This document shows positions 13,923 to 27,199 of a DNA stretch of 64,000 nucleotides, piece after piece. A model generated the notes under the pieces. It was not told the DNA's origin. It was given only the letters and a program-made list of their open reading frames with translations, and did not search any database. This DNA comes from Octopus vulgaris (taxonomy: Eukaryota), in NCBI GenBank assembly GCA_951406725.2, contig OX597821.1:31124001-31188000 (forward strand), in the 5' to 3' direction. How positions within the stretch are numbered: the first letter of the stretch is position 1; every line of letters starts with the position of its first letter. Both the position numbers and the translations under genes were made by a program.

Positions 13923-13975
<53 letters not shown>

Positions 13976-14717
13976 TTGTGTGTATATGTATACACACACA
14001 CTAACACACACAAACACACACATACACACACATACACACACATATATGGAGAGAGAGAGGAAGTTATGTAGGCACGTAGATAGTTAAGCATATACAAGAA
14101 TATAGGCGACATTGAATGTTTGTGTCGGTGTTCATGTGCGCGTGCCTTAAGCTGTGTATTTATGTGTCTGAAATAGAATATGCGTATGTAAACGTGTTTT
14201 TGTTCCTCCATTATGGTCCTTTTGGCTAAAGAGGAGATTTAAAGGAATAACAATAAACTCTATGAACCATAAAGCAATTTCTTCCAGACCATCGGAAATG
14301 AACTGAAATTACAATAAATAAATAAAAATAGAATTGAACACTGTGAAGATGCGTTACGTATGTAGGGACAATCTACGTAAATATATTAGAAAAAAAAACA
14401 CGTTTCTTTTTACGAAGAAGTAATAGAGAAGCGATAGTTTTTAGAGAGATATCTGGTAACAAAATCGATTTCTTTTTTTGCTTTTTATCTCAAAGCATAC
14501 TCAAAATGTCATTTTGTTTGACATTTTATTAACTTGGGCAGAATAGAAATCTAACGATTCATCTTGAAGCAAGCGAGCGTTCAATAATAGTTCAGCAAAC
14601 TTAAACTTGATAAAGCCAAAATCAAATTATAACTGTCACGTTTAAGGATTCATACAAATAAATATACAAAGAAGTAAATAAACGAGGCGATACAGAAATA
14701 CATTTCGGAAAGGAAAC

Positions 14718-14797
<80 letters not shown>

Positions 14798-14806
14798 TAC
14801 ATACAA

Positions 14807-14870
<64 letters not shown>

Positions 14871-15157
14871 TCAAAACACAGACGTACAAAGACACAAATA
14901 TATATATATATATGTATGTATGTATATATGTATGTATATAATTACATTGTGCGCAAATTATCCGTGGCAAGCAATATCAGAAGTATTATAATGCAAATAT
15001 ATTTCGTCGTAACTTTATTGATGTAGATGTATTCACATTTATACATTCTACACTTAACCTATATAATTTCCAATTTCTTTCTCAATGCATCGTATATATG
15101 CCAACATACATTACGTTATACAGTTACATACATGAACATACGTAAACGTACGTGTGC

Positions 15158-15189
<32 letters not shown>

Positions 15190-15325
15190 GGAATCGGCGG
15201 CTTATATTTGCTGCCGATATATATATATATATATATATATACTGGCTGTTCTTACTGACGATATACATGCATACATACATACATATATATATATATTAAT
15301 GTTATTTTGCGGTTTTTGGCTGTTA

Positions 15326-15390
<65 letters not shown>

Positions 15391-15420
15391 CACAAACACA
15401 TACATATATATATATATTTA

Positions 15421-15465
<45 letters not shown>

Positions 15466-15565
15466 TAATAATAATATTAATAATATTAGGGAATAAATCC
15501 AAACTTACATGGAAAAATTAGATTTGGGATTAAATCCAATTTTATTGTAAAATATATTACATTAT

Positions 15566-15709
15566 ATATATTATATTAAGTTAGAGATAAAACCACTATT
15601 AGGCAAATCAAACAGTCAATAACATAAGCCAGTGCATAAAATTAATTTATGTACTGGCTTATGTCTTTCACTGTTTGATTTGCCTAATAGTGGTTTTATC
15701 TCTAATTTA

Positions 15710-15720
<11 letters not shown>
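15566..15720. repeat. fold-back palindrome with ~75-bp arms, next to (TA)n
   Basis: ttagagataaaaccactattaggcaaatcaaacagt..acataagccagtgcataaa / tttatgtactggcttatgt..actgtttgatttgcctaatagtggttttatctctaa. Confidence 0.9.
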
Positions 15721-15763
<43 letters not shown>

Positions 15764-16561
15764 CATATATACGCACACACAAGTCAGAAACAAATATGGA
15801 TATACAACCCGTACATATATATAGTTAAACACACACGCGCACACATACATACATACCTAATACAAATAAGACAAGAACTCACGTGATGAAATAAAGATGG
15901 TGTGAATTTGACACTTTAGTTCGAGTGGATGCAGTACGAAGAGAGAAAATTCAAAGATAGTGGTTAGATTCCATAAGCAAGATAGTTACGTGTGAAAACA
16001 CGTAGGGATATAAAGCATATTGAAAATGAAATGCAAGAGCTGTTGGAAATCGTAAATACACTCTCTAAAATATATAATAATAATAACAGAGTGCTTGTTC
16101 GCATGTCTATATGTATGTATACATATGTATATATATGTCAATAGATATGTCAATAAAAGGGTAAAATTAATTAATTAATAATTTAAAATTTTACCAAGTA
16201 GCCCGGTACGTTAAAATAACCTTTTTGGGTAACATTATATATTATATAACACCCAAAAAGCGTGTTACTGTCTTGGAGATATTTATGGTAGCGGAATTGT
16301 ATTTTTAACTGCTGCTTCTAAATTGGGTGCGTGGCGAAGAATTAGCTGACCCCTGATTATAATTATACTTATAATTATAGAAAATGTATATACATGCATG
16401 CATGCCTACATATGCAAGCAACAAGCACGCTGATTGCTAGTTATCCAACATCTAAATGCAGAGTAAACATTTACACACACACAGACATACACACACATAC
16501 ACACACAGACACACACATACACACACACACATACATATATATATGTATATATATATATATA

Positions 16562-17880
16562 TATATATAAATGTGTAATGGTTGTCTGTATGTGTTTGGG
16601 GTTACTCTAACTCCTCCCATAACGTCCAACCAATCTTAATGATTTTTGGCACATAGGTAGGTCATATGCCCTGAAGTTCAAATAAGGCCGGAAGTTTTCA
16701 AAAACTTGATAATGCTCAGTTTGTATGAATTCTTCGGAGCTAAATCGGGTGTTTTGAATGGGAATTCATATAAGGATGTTATTTTCCCTGCAGCTTTTGC
16801 ATCTTTTAGCTGATTTTGATGAAAATCCATGCGTGAGCGAAGCTCATGGCATTGAGTTGATGTCAGTATATGGCATTGGCAAAAAATTCTTAATTCCGCC
16901 TGAGCAGTGGTTTCAGAAAATCAATAGGCGTTTTGCGTGCAAATACCCATAACGATTTTATTTTTGGCCATAAGTTTTATATTAGTTTTCTGTATTAATG
17001 AAATTTGAGATGAAAGTAAATTTTGTGGTGGGTAGAGGGTGAAGGTGTTTATTTAATTTAAAAGGGATTGAACAGCGTGCAAATGCAAATAAGTATCTTC
17101 TTCGGCACATTTTTATCAATTTTGTAAAAAAATTGACACATGATTACAGTTCATGTCCATTAGCTGATGACAGCATGAAGAGTTGACAAAAATTGATAAT
17201 TGCGCATGCTAGGAGTGTTTTAAGAAATCAATAGCCATACAGTATGCAGTTACCCATAGGATTATTATTTTATGTTGTAACTGTTGCAGAATTCATCCGA
17301 TTTCGACGTAATTTAACATTTTGGTAAAGTTTATGATCGGAGGCATAAAGTAGAATTAAAATGTAACTGGTGAAACGTAGAAATCGTCAAAATTCACCCA
17401 GAATATAATAATGAACTGATTTTGAATAAAACTGACCCATGAGTAAAACTAAACGCTTCGACATATGAAACATCGATTATGCATATAATATATTGGGATT
17501 TAAAAGTCAATGGAGTATTTTCACGTAAATGGTCACATGGATTCTATGTTATAACATAACCATAACAGTTTTCTTTGGATTTTGCTGAGACTGGATACGC
17601 TGATCAATTTTGTACTGAGGGTGGAATTAAGGGAAGTGAAATGTACAAACATAACTCACAACGGGTCGAGGTACACCCAAAAGTTTGACAATGATTTCAG
17701 ACGGCCCAGTATGTAGGATTATATCGAAAGCATTAAGCGGGTAAAATCCCTGCCGAACCAGATATAACATCTTAACATGTAATAGTTGGCATGGGGGAGC
17801 TTAGAAAATTTCAATACAAGATCAGAGGTAGGATTAAACTCAAAACTCAAAATACGAGCAACACCGAGTCCAACAGCTAA
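16562..17880 (+). mobile_element. non-autonomous Helitron-like element
   Basis: 5' end tatatataaatg..tgtctgtatgtg. The 3' end acgagcaacaccgagtccaacagCTAA-t resembles the hairpin plus CTRR terminus. Internal degenerate repeats lie at ~16910-16950 and ~17219-17260. Confidence 0.55.
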
Positions 17881-18754
17881 TATATATATATATATATATT
17901 TAGGTATGTATGTATACGCACACATATACATGTATTCGCTTGATGCTGCCGCCAGCGATTCATTTATCGTATAATGATGTAGCAATAAAGCGAAAATGAA
18001 ATGACAAATTACGAATCGTGTAAAAGTGTCACACACAATCACAAGCCTATTGAAGCTATCCAGTGTCATTGCTCTGTTATATATACCATAATAGCGAAGT
18101 AAATGAGTTGTAAACAAAACGTCTATATCAAACTAGATTAGCGATGAAAGAAAATACAAGGAAAAACCGACAAAATACTGAAGTTTCAAATGTCAAATGA
18201 AGCTGTTCAAACATAATTTCATCTTCAAATTTACTTAGATCTGCGATATCAGCATAATAAATAATAGGAAAATAATCCACATTCTTTCAAATCTATACAT
18301 CAAATATATTTCAACAAAACTATGTAAATGCTGTTCTATTGAAAATATTAGATTTAATATAATCCATTGAAGTAAATTAATAACAACAACCAGAAAAATA
18401 CATTTGAGGCATGGCCATATTGTTTTGCTTAATTAGATTTAAAGTATAGATAGATATTATCGAAAACTGACGAAAGAAAGAGAAGAAAGAATTTAACTGC
18501 CGGTCCACTCCAGTTCATGTAGCAAACAATTGCTGACATAAGTATTCGTGGAGCGTGCAGATGAGCTATTTCAGTTAGCAAAATGCGACTAAAATCCAGG
18601 CCAGTCATTCATGTCTCATTGCTTGTTTGGCACGTCTGATGTGGAAGGGTTACGTGTGTCCGAGCAATTCCCCTGATTGGATAGATGTATAGAAGTAAAG
18701 ACGTCCTGTCTACCCCAGTAGGTTAGAATATTTGGGAGATTGTTTCACAGCCAT

Positions 18755-19168
18755 AGGCTCAGGAGTGGCTGTGTGGTAAGTAGCTTGCTAACCAACCACA
18801 TAGTTCCGGGTTCAGTACCACTGCGTGGCATCTTGGGCAGGTGTCTTCTGCTATAGCCCCGGGTCGACCAATGTTTTGTGAGTGGATTTGGTAGACGGAA
18901 ACTGAAAGAAGCCTGTCGTATATATGTATATATATATATATGTATGTGTGTGTGTTTGTGTGTCTGTGTTTGTCCCCCTAGCATTGACAACCGATGCTGG
19001 TGTATTTATGTCCCCGTCACCTAGCCGTTCGGCAAAAGAGACCGATAGAATAAGTACTGGGCTTACAAAGAATAAGTCCCGGGTTCGATTTGCTCGACTA
19101 AAGGCAGTGCTCCAGCATGGCCGCAGTCAAATGACTGAAACAAGTAAAAGAGTACAAGACAGTAAAGA
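18755..19168 (+). mobile_element. tRNA-derived SINE family B, full length
   Basis: A-box-like gtggctgtgtggt, B-box-like gggttcagtacc, CORE-like cttgggcaggtg, internal (TA)(TG) tract, and tail ggcagtgctccagcatggccgcagtcaaatgactgaaacaagtaaaagag. Confidence 0.9.
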
Positions 19169-19763
19169 GGGTATCTTTAATTCTTAGTATTTCAAACCAC
19201 GCAGATATGCACCTGAAAGGGAAACTCTAAAAAACAGGGTAACTGAACAGGATCACTTACGATAATGAATACTTTGGCACAATCATACAATTCACACATA
19301 CATGACATCAAGCACACACATACGAGAATAAACGCATATATATATATATATATATACATATTTATATATATATATATATAGGCAAGGAAAAACTATAAAA
19401 AGGCAGAATGCTAAATTGAAGGTAAATTTTAATGAAAATGGGTGTATGGAATTTTTTTTTTAATTAAAAAATTAATATATATATATATATATATATGCAG
19501 ATATAAATACACTCATAGTTGTAATGAGGAATAAATACACAAACGCGTGCATGCGTATGTATAGCTACATACACGCACACATGCATACTCACATACACTC
19601 ACACATACATATATGTACATATATAGATAGATATTAGACTCACATGAAACGTATTTTAAATGGGTTTCTTATGGATTTTTAGTTACTTTCTATGTATATG
19701 CTTGTTTAGTCTTAGCTCTTTTTCTTTCTTGACAATACTATTTTTCATAAGTGCTACCCAATA

Positions 19764-20090
19764 TTGACAACTGAACAATCCCGAGTGATTTTCTTGTACG
19801 AATGCAATTTGGGTCACTATGCCACCGAAGCTCTAAGAAACATCAAACGGGCTTTCGGTAACGATTCTGTTGAAATTAGAACTGTTCAGAGATGGTTCCA
19901 AAGATTTCGTTCAGGCAATGACAGCCTTGAACCAAGAGTGAGACCAAAATCAGGTATTCAACATGGCGAATTAAATAAGTTGATTGAAATCCAATAACAA
20001 CGGTCCGAAAACTCGGATCAGAGCTCCGGACATCTACTGCAACTGATTCGCGACACTTGGACAAAACTGGAAAAAGTCAAAAAGATGCAA
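19764..20090 (+). pseudogene. mariner (Hsmar1-like) transposase N-terminal fragment
   Basis: ORF 19764-19997 reads RVIFLYECNLGHYATEALRNIKRAFGNDSVEIRTVQRWFQRFRSGNDSLE, a typical mariner HTH, and continues out of frame as SRHLDKTGK. Confidence 0.9.
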
Positions 20091-20104
20091 TTCAAAATAC
20101 AATA

Positions 20105-20472
20105 TCTCTCATCTTCTATTCGTTTGAGACTGCAGCTGTGCTGGGGCAACCTCTTGAAGAGTTTTGGCTGAAAGAGTCTACTCCAATTCTTAGTTATTGT
20201 AAAACCTGTTACTTATTATATCTGTCTCTTTTGCTAAGTTACAAGGACGCAAGCAAACCAACACAGTCGTTGTAAATCAGTGATGGGGGCCACACAGACA
20301 AATACACAAGTATACACACACAAACATATATCAGTGAGTCTCTTCAATTTCTGTCTATAAAATTCACTCACCAAGCTTAGGTCAGAACAAGGCTATAGTA
20401 GAAGACATTTTTGTAAGCTTAACTCGAAACATTTGTTTGGGAACTAAGCAACTTACCACTGAGCCACGCTCG
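20105..20472 (-). mobile_element. SINE family B, decayed
   Basis: Homologous throughout to 35948-36365 (ttttgctaagttacaaggacg, ggctatagtagaagac, cttaccactgagccac). Confidence 0.75.
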
Positions 20473-21089
20473 CAACGATCGTCTATATTAGAAGTTGTCG
20501 CATGGTAGCTACTGCAGTGATCTGTGTTCTAACACAACATCCATTTTCAAGTGGTGATATACATTAACTTTTTGTATTAATACGGCTTCTATCTCTATTA
20601 ATTAAAACATGCATTGCGTTAATCATAAGCTAAATCAAATTAAATAAACTAAGAATATATTAATTAAACTTTGTCATGCTCTTTTTATGTAGTTTAAACA
20701 AGATGAATGACATCAAATTAAAAGTTTAAAATAAATAAAATATACAAAATGAATTTAAAATAGTCTTAAATATTCATATGAAAAGAATTCCGATATGAAG
20801 TGATATGCGCTTAAAAGTTACTGACAATTGAATAATCTAGAAACATGCTTAAACACATCAATTTTGTAAACACATATTTGTATTGTCTATAATTAACATC
20901 GTATTCGTATTATCTATAACTGACATGAACGTCGTCTCTTGTGCATAAACAACAACAACAACAAAAACGTCTGAGGAGCAGCAATAATGATGTTGAAAGT
21001 TTAACATTAATAGATGATCAGGAACATGGCCGCTATTATGAGCATAAATATTAATATAAGTTTCAATCTCCTTCTCTTTGCCCTACTTC

Positions 21090-21303
21090 CCCTCCTCCTC
21101 CTTCTCCTTCTTCTTCTTCTTCTTCTTCTTCTTCTTCTTCTTCTTCTTCTTCTTCTCCATCTTTGTTTTTCATCATCATCATCATCATCTACATCACCGT
21201 AAGCACCATCATCATCATCATCATCATCATCATCTGCATCACAGTAAGCACCATCATCATAATCATCGTCCATTATCAACAAATTCATGATCATTATTAT
21301 TAT
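21090..21303. repeat. compound (CTC)(CTT)(CAT)(ATT) microsatellite
   Basis: Direct reading. Confidence 0.9.
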
Positions 21304-22775
21304 TTTCTTTGCGCAGCTTCTAACACGGGAGATGTACAACTGTGTCACCTGTTCACTACCAGTGAAGTAAGGTAACTCCTCATTTTTCGAGCACCTTCCG
21401 GAGTATTCGAGCAGTTCCAATCAGTGCTGTTTTCTTCAAGTGCTTCACCCTTATTGCAGCTCCTATTTATTCCATGTACTTCTCAAAAGTTTTACTCACT
21501 GTTCCCGAGGCTCCGACAATTATTACTACTACTACCACATTTTTCATCGACTATAACTGCTTAACCACCCAAGCTAACCTGTCGTATCTATCGACTTTTC
21601 TTTCTTCTTTATCGCATAACTTGTCAGCTGTGCATGATATATCTATGATCCAGCATAGTTTGCTTCCTCTCTCAATTAAGACTATGTCTAGTTTCCTATT
21701 CTATATCTCATGGTCGCACTGAATAATAAAATCCCACAGGATCTTTGCATTATCAATTTCGATGATGCCTTGAAGCTTGTGGTCGTACCAATTTTTTTGC
21801 TCTGCCAAGTCCATACTTGTTGTAAAGTGTCCGATGGACAAGCCTGGCTACATTGTGGTGGCATCTCTTATATTCCTTCTGGGCTAGTGGGATACATTGG
21901 CTGGTAATACGATATACGGTTTCACCATTTTATCCACAAATACTTGTCTATTCTGTATTTTATGTAGTTTGTTCTTAGTGCTTGCTCTTAGGCAGCACCG
22001 CTAGAACCTTTATTCCCGGTTCTAAATCACTTTTAGTCATCCACTGCCATTAGTTTTCTTTGTCTGCCTTATCTTTAACATCACTATGAAATTGCCCATG
22101 CATCTTCAACATCCCTATGAAATTGTATACCCATCTATTTTCAGTTTCATTCGTTTTCAATTGCTTGTACTGTGCTTTATCTTTGCAAACTTTCATCCTA
22201 CACAGGCCTGAACTTCTTACTTCTAATAATAACGGCTCTGTGGCATTTTCCACATATCATACTATGTTATTTTCCTCTGCTTTAATGTCATGTTCGCATT
22301 CAATATTCTTCCCCCTCTTTTAATTGGTACATACAGTCTGTCTGCATCACATTTTGGGTGGTGTGTCCTATATCTAGTTAGCAACTTCCTTGTCGTAAAA
22401 TCTGAGCTGTTTAGCTCGTCTACTGTTCATGCCATTACCCCTGCTCCATATCGAAAGAGTGAAACGGCCTAGGTGTTGATAGCTTCAATCTCATTCCGTC
22501 TGTTTAATTTCGACTTAAGGATCAATTTCAGTTTGCACAAGTACTTCGCCTTAATATTTTTCTGTCATTTCTTTCTCTATTTTTTCCACTTCCAAAATCT
22601 CCAAGTATCTTCTATCTGGTTCATATCCTCCCCCGACAGTATCGATAACCCGCCCATACATTTGATTTTGCTTCTCTTCAAGACTAACACACCACACTTT
22701 CTCAGTCCGAAATCCATTCTGATATCAGCACTGAAAGTATACACTTTATCAACAAGGGACCTGACTTGGGCTTTG
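21304..22775 (-). mobile_element. 5'-truncated R4/Dong-clade non-LTR retrotransposon (RT C-terminus, zinc knuckle, restriction-like endonuclease)
   Basis: Minus-strand translation: FSADIRMDFGLRKCGVL, KLILKSKLNRRNEIEAINT*AVSLFRYGAG, HHPKCDADRLYVP..GGR, EQALRTNYIK..ICG*NGETVYRITSQC..QKEYKRCHHNVA, KILWDFIIQCDHEI*NRKLDIVLI..IIDISC..EERKVDRY, IVGASGTV..KTALIGTARILRKVLEK*. A short 3' UTR ends in (AAT)n. Confidence 0.92.
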
Positions 22776-22777
22776 AT

Positions 22778-22815
<38 letters not shown>

Positions 22816-22895
22816 CATCATCATCCTCATCATCCTCATCACCATCATCATCCTCATCTTTATCATCATCATCGTCGTCGTTATTATTATTATTA

Positions 22896-22945
<50 letters not shown>

Positions 22946-22950
22946 AATAA
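22778..22950. repeat. compound (ATC)n/(ATT)n microsatellite
   Basis: Direct reading; abuts the 5' end of the Dong-like element. Confidence 0.95.
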
Positions 22951-22961
22951 TTTTTTATATG

Positions 22962-23188
22962 TAAGGTGACGAGCTGGCTGAATTGCTAGCACGCCAGGCG
23001 AAATGCTTAAGCGGTATTTCATCTGCCGTTACGTTCTGAGTTCAAATTTCGCCGAGGTCGACTTTGCCTTTCATCCTTTCGAGGTCAATAAATTAAGTAC
23101 CAGTTTCGTTCTTGGTTCTATCTAATCGACTCCCTCCCACAAAAGCAACAAAAAAAAATGGGGGCATTGTTTCTAGAGTAGAAAAGAA
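22962..23188 (+). mobile_element. tRNA-derived SINE family A (tail type 2)
   Basis: Head aaggtgacgagctggctgaa..gagttcaaatttcgcc, core gaggtcgactttgcctttcatcctttcg..aagtaccag, tail ctccctccc..ctagagtagaaaagaa. Confidence 0.9.
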
Positions 23189-23569
23189 AGAATATGAGAA
23201 GTGTTCATTAGCAAATTGTTGAAATTCCATTTCCATTTATAGAACTTATTTATTGGTGTACCATCTCGGTCAAAGCAATAAGAACTAAAACAATATTTAA
23301 ATATCAAAACAATGGCAATGGCATATTTAAATTGTACTTAGTGTAAAGTCAGTAGGTTATTTATTTTACAATCAATGTTGAAATCTCGCTAATATACATA
23401 CACAACACTAATTATTTAAAACGTATGTATAGTGAATACGTTTCAAATACTTAATTATTGATATCAGTTATTTTCCTGAAAAAGAAATTATCCATGGAAT
23501 AAAGATATCTTTTTCAAATAAATCAGCACTCGAATATAGTTACACCTCATTTTCATAATTGATAACGTA

Positions 23570-23770
23570 CGCAGTGTTTCAGTTGTTAGAGCGTCGGGCT
23601 CACAATCATGGAGTAGGGAGTTCGATTCCCAGACGTGCCAGTCTGTTGCGTCCTTCGGCTAGACACTTTACCTCACGTTGCTCCAGTTCACTCAGTTGTA
23701 GAAATGATTTGTAACGTCACTACAGCCAGGCTGTTACGAACTTTGCCTTTCCGGTGAATAACCTCGGTGT
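23570..23770 (+). mobile_element. tRNA-derived SINE (middle M1 + tail T2), 3'-truncated
   Basis: B box gagttcgattccc and M1 cactttacctcacgttgctccagttcactcagttg; homologous to 45960-46280. Confidence 0.8.
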
Positions 23771-23825
23771 TTATTTGGCAAAAGAAAAAATGACTATCCC
23801 TAAATACATACAACAATATATATAA

Positions 23826-23864
<39 letters not shown>

Positions 23865-23929
23865 CATTTATATATGTATGTGTGAGTGTGTGTGTGTGTA
23901 TATACAGACACATACATACACACACACAC

Positions 23930-25145
23930 ACATGACAGAAATACATAGATACCCTTATAATCGTTAACGTTTATTTAAATGTGAATTTATACATTCAAAT
24001 TATTTATTAATGATTATGATGAAAATATCTAATATTCAGTAGTAGTTTTCAATGCAAAGACCCTATTAGCCATGCTACTGATCAGATGACAAATATTCTT
24101 TTCGGGAATTTCTTGCGAAATTGTATGCAGTAGTTTCAAAACATCTCGCTTTGCAGATGCTTTCTTTTTCTTTTTACGAAGTATCCTGTCAGTTATGCCC
24201 CAGAGATTTTCAATCGAGTTCATATCTGGTTAGTAGCTTGGCCATTGAAGCTTTTCAATGTCATTCTCTTCCAACCAGCCTTGGGCCTTTTTAGCCGTGT
24301 GACAAGGAGCTCCATCTTCCTTAAATAGTCGTCTTTAATAATTTCACCACTGGAGACGAGTTGAAGGAGTCATTTCTGCGATATGACACATATTTATTTG
24401 CGTTTATGTTTCCCTCACACTCCAACAGCTCTCATCGACCATTGCTCCAAATTGCTCCCCAGACCACAGAATAACCGCCGAATTTCATTACTGACTGCAA
24501 TCTTTTCACATCAAGCATTTCATCCCAGATTCTCCAGACCCAAAATCGACCACTGTCAGAAAATACACCAAACCTGAACTCATCAGAAAATATGACACTG
24601 TCCCAAAATGCTAGTGGTTTCTCGCTGGCCCAAACATTTCTCTACTGGATATCGGCTGGTCGCAAAAGTGGCCTTATCCTTCCTGTTTTTCCATAGTAAC
24701 CAAGTTTGAGGAGATACCTGACACCTGTTTTGGGACTGAAATCAACTTGTTCTGCTAAGTCAGACACCTTGCAAGGAGGATTATCCTCCACACTTATCTT
24801 CACAAAGGGAAGGAACCTGACAGAGGGCCCTGCTCGATCTCGGCGAGGTGATGTGGACACCTGCTACTCTCTGGTGACTTGCGCAATCCCTATTAATTCT
24901 AATTAGCGGGATCCCAAGCTATTCTGCGATTGTACGTTGAAGACGTCCATATTCAGATTGACCTACAAGACGACCTTTTGGAAATTCGAACTGTTCCAAG
25001 GCTCCTTTTGTACGTAGAATGATTAAAGAGTCACATAAAGAATGTGAAACATAAATATGTCAATTAATATAAAACATAAACTTCTTCAAGTTCAAATAAA
25101 CATAAAGCAATATTTTATGGTGTCTCTATTTATTTGTGCCTTGTT
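23930..25145 (-). mobile_element. Tc1-family DNA transposon (DD34E), decayed, with TIR remnants
   Basis: Degenerate TIRs at ~23934-23960 (gacagaaatacatagatacccttataa) and ~25113-25140 (rc ggcacaaataaatagagacaccataaa) enclose a transposase pseudogene. Confidence 0.8.
24029..25020 (-). pseudogene. Tc1 transposase pseudogene
   Basis: WDSVIFSDEFRF, VMKFGGYSVVWGAI and EDGAPCHTAK..WPSY*PDMNSIENLW, with 34 residues between D and E. Contains stops and frameshifts. Confidence 0.92.
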
Positions 25146-25715
25146 TGTGAGTGTATATAGAGGGTGTTCGACGTAAACTTGACGATCTCTATGTCCTCTT
25201 TCTTCAAGAACAGTTTGATGCGTGTCGACGGGCGCTGGAGGGGATAATAATTAAAGCTGTAGTTCAGAAAATGTAGAGCTGAATTGGAGGATTGAAGCCA
25301 TCTAAACATTGGAAGAGAGTTAAACGTATCCTGATAATAAAAATACCGGCGAAATCATGGCTGTTGCTGAGTGAAGTATTACACGTGACATCTGATACTA
25401 CGAGCGGGAGCCAGTGGGATGGCGGAACGGCAGCTGTTTATACAGTTTTAAGTTTTATATATTTCAATTAGGGGACTGGGGCCATGATAGGGCAGTGCAT
25501 TGAACAACATATTCGAAAGAATCGACTCCAGTGCTTATTCAAAAAAGCTTGGAAATTCTATTGTATTATTTATTTTACGTATCGTATTGTATAACATTCA
25601 CATCTGAAATAATAATTTATGGGTATGTAAGGAGATCAATACCGAGTGTTTAACCTTAGTGAAACAAACACAAACACATTGACAGACACAAACACACACA
25701 CATACACGCATTCTC

Positions 25716-25755
<40 letters not shown>

Positions 25756-26059
25756 GTGTGTATGCATACTTGTTCGATAAAATATAATTGTCCCGCGTGC
25801 TTAATTTTGAAAAATGAGATCAAGAAAATGCACAGAAATTATGTCGGTCAATATATATATATGAGTGTACGTGTGTGTGTGTATATGTGTGTGTGTGTAT
25901 GTGCACTTGTGTGTGTGTGCATGTGTGCGGGGTGTATTATGAAATAAAATATTTACACAGTTGGGCTATTTCGCTTCTATAAATCATGACTGAGAACTCA
26001 GTTATGTAATGTTGCAATTTCTTCTATAATATATTTCCCTTCCATGCTAGTAGGATGAA

Positions 26060-26221
26060 GGATATCCCGACGGATTCCTTTCCGTTGCCCTTTACCTCAT
26101 TCTCTGAAACGACTTTTCTTAGCCCAAGACTTAGTGGGAAACACTTGCCCTAGTTTTCACGGCATGACAGTGAACACTGAACCATGTGGCCACTTCTTAT
26201 TTCACAGACACCCCTTCGCCT
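26060..26221 (-). mobile_element. SINE family B 5' half, heavily decayed
   Basis: cacttgccctag..actgaaccatgtgg..ttcgcct matches the reverse-complemented family B head. Confidence 0.5.
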
Positions 26222-26737
26222 ACAAAAGTAAGCAACTGGTTGTAAATCATTTACATTTATGAATGTATTTGTATAATAAATGTATATCGATTTTATATTA
26301 GATGTATGTGAACGCCTTTTTATTAATATTTTCTATTACCGAGTTCAATTAGCGTTGGGGATTTCTTTATAAGCATTTCACGCATTAAGAAATGTTCTTG
26401 TACGATAGACTTGAAATGAAATATTAATATCGACATATTTGTAATAAAATATTATTGAATCTAGGATGAACTTATGTTTTTAAAAATCTGCGTTCACGAT
26501 TGCATATGAATATGATTATTCTATGCTCCAGTGTATTTGAGCATAAGATAGTGACAACCTGCGTGGCTGGGATTAGGTTTGATCATCACGTTTTAGAATA
26601 ATAAATTCCTGAAATTTTAGATAGATTTAATGGATTTGTTCAGCACATATATACATGAGAGAATGTGAATAAAGATATCAGAAGATTGAGTATAAATTGA
26701 TATTTGTTGTAAAATTAAGAAATATCCCAATGATGTA

Positions 26738-26780
<43 letters not shown>

Positions 26781-27199
26781 TCATTCATATATGTGCGTGT
26801 GTAAGTTCCTACAAATTTAAATATGTGGGTTTATACATATATGCGCATATATGTACATTTGTCTGCGTGTATAAAGAAGAGGCAGCGAAGATATAAATGA
26901 AGATGCATCAGACTGAATCAGAAAGGGGAAGACGAACAGGCGTGAAAGACTAAGAGTTTTAGAAGTCAAGACTAATGTAAATGCAAATAGAGATATGCAA
27001 TCCGACACCAAAGACGTGATAAATAAAATTAAACTTATGAGCAAGCATCAAGGAAGAACCTTGTTTCTCTTAACTTGATACTATCCATATCAAACCAAAA
27101 TGAAACTTTCCATTGTCGTGTTCTTTCCTAGATACGATGATCTGATCTACGTGATACGATATAAAAAATGTGAAGAAATTTATCAGTCAAATTTCATCA

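Noticed and set aside
21007-21420. 137-aa acidic/Arg-rich ORF resembling a protamine-like or nucleic-acid-binding protein
   Set aside because: It is the Dong 3' end read out of frame plus (GAT)n and (GAA)n microsatellites.
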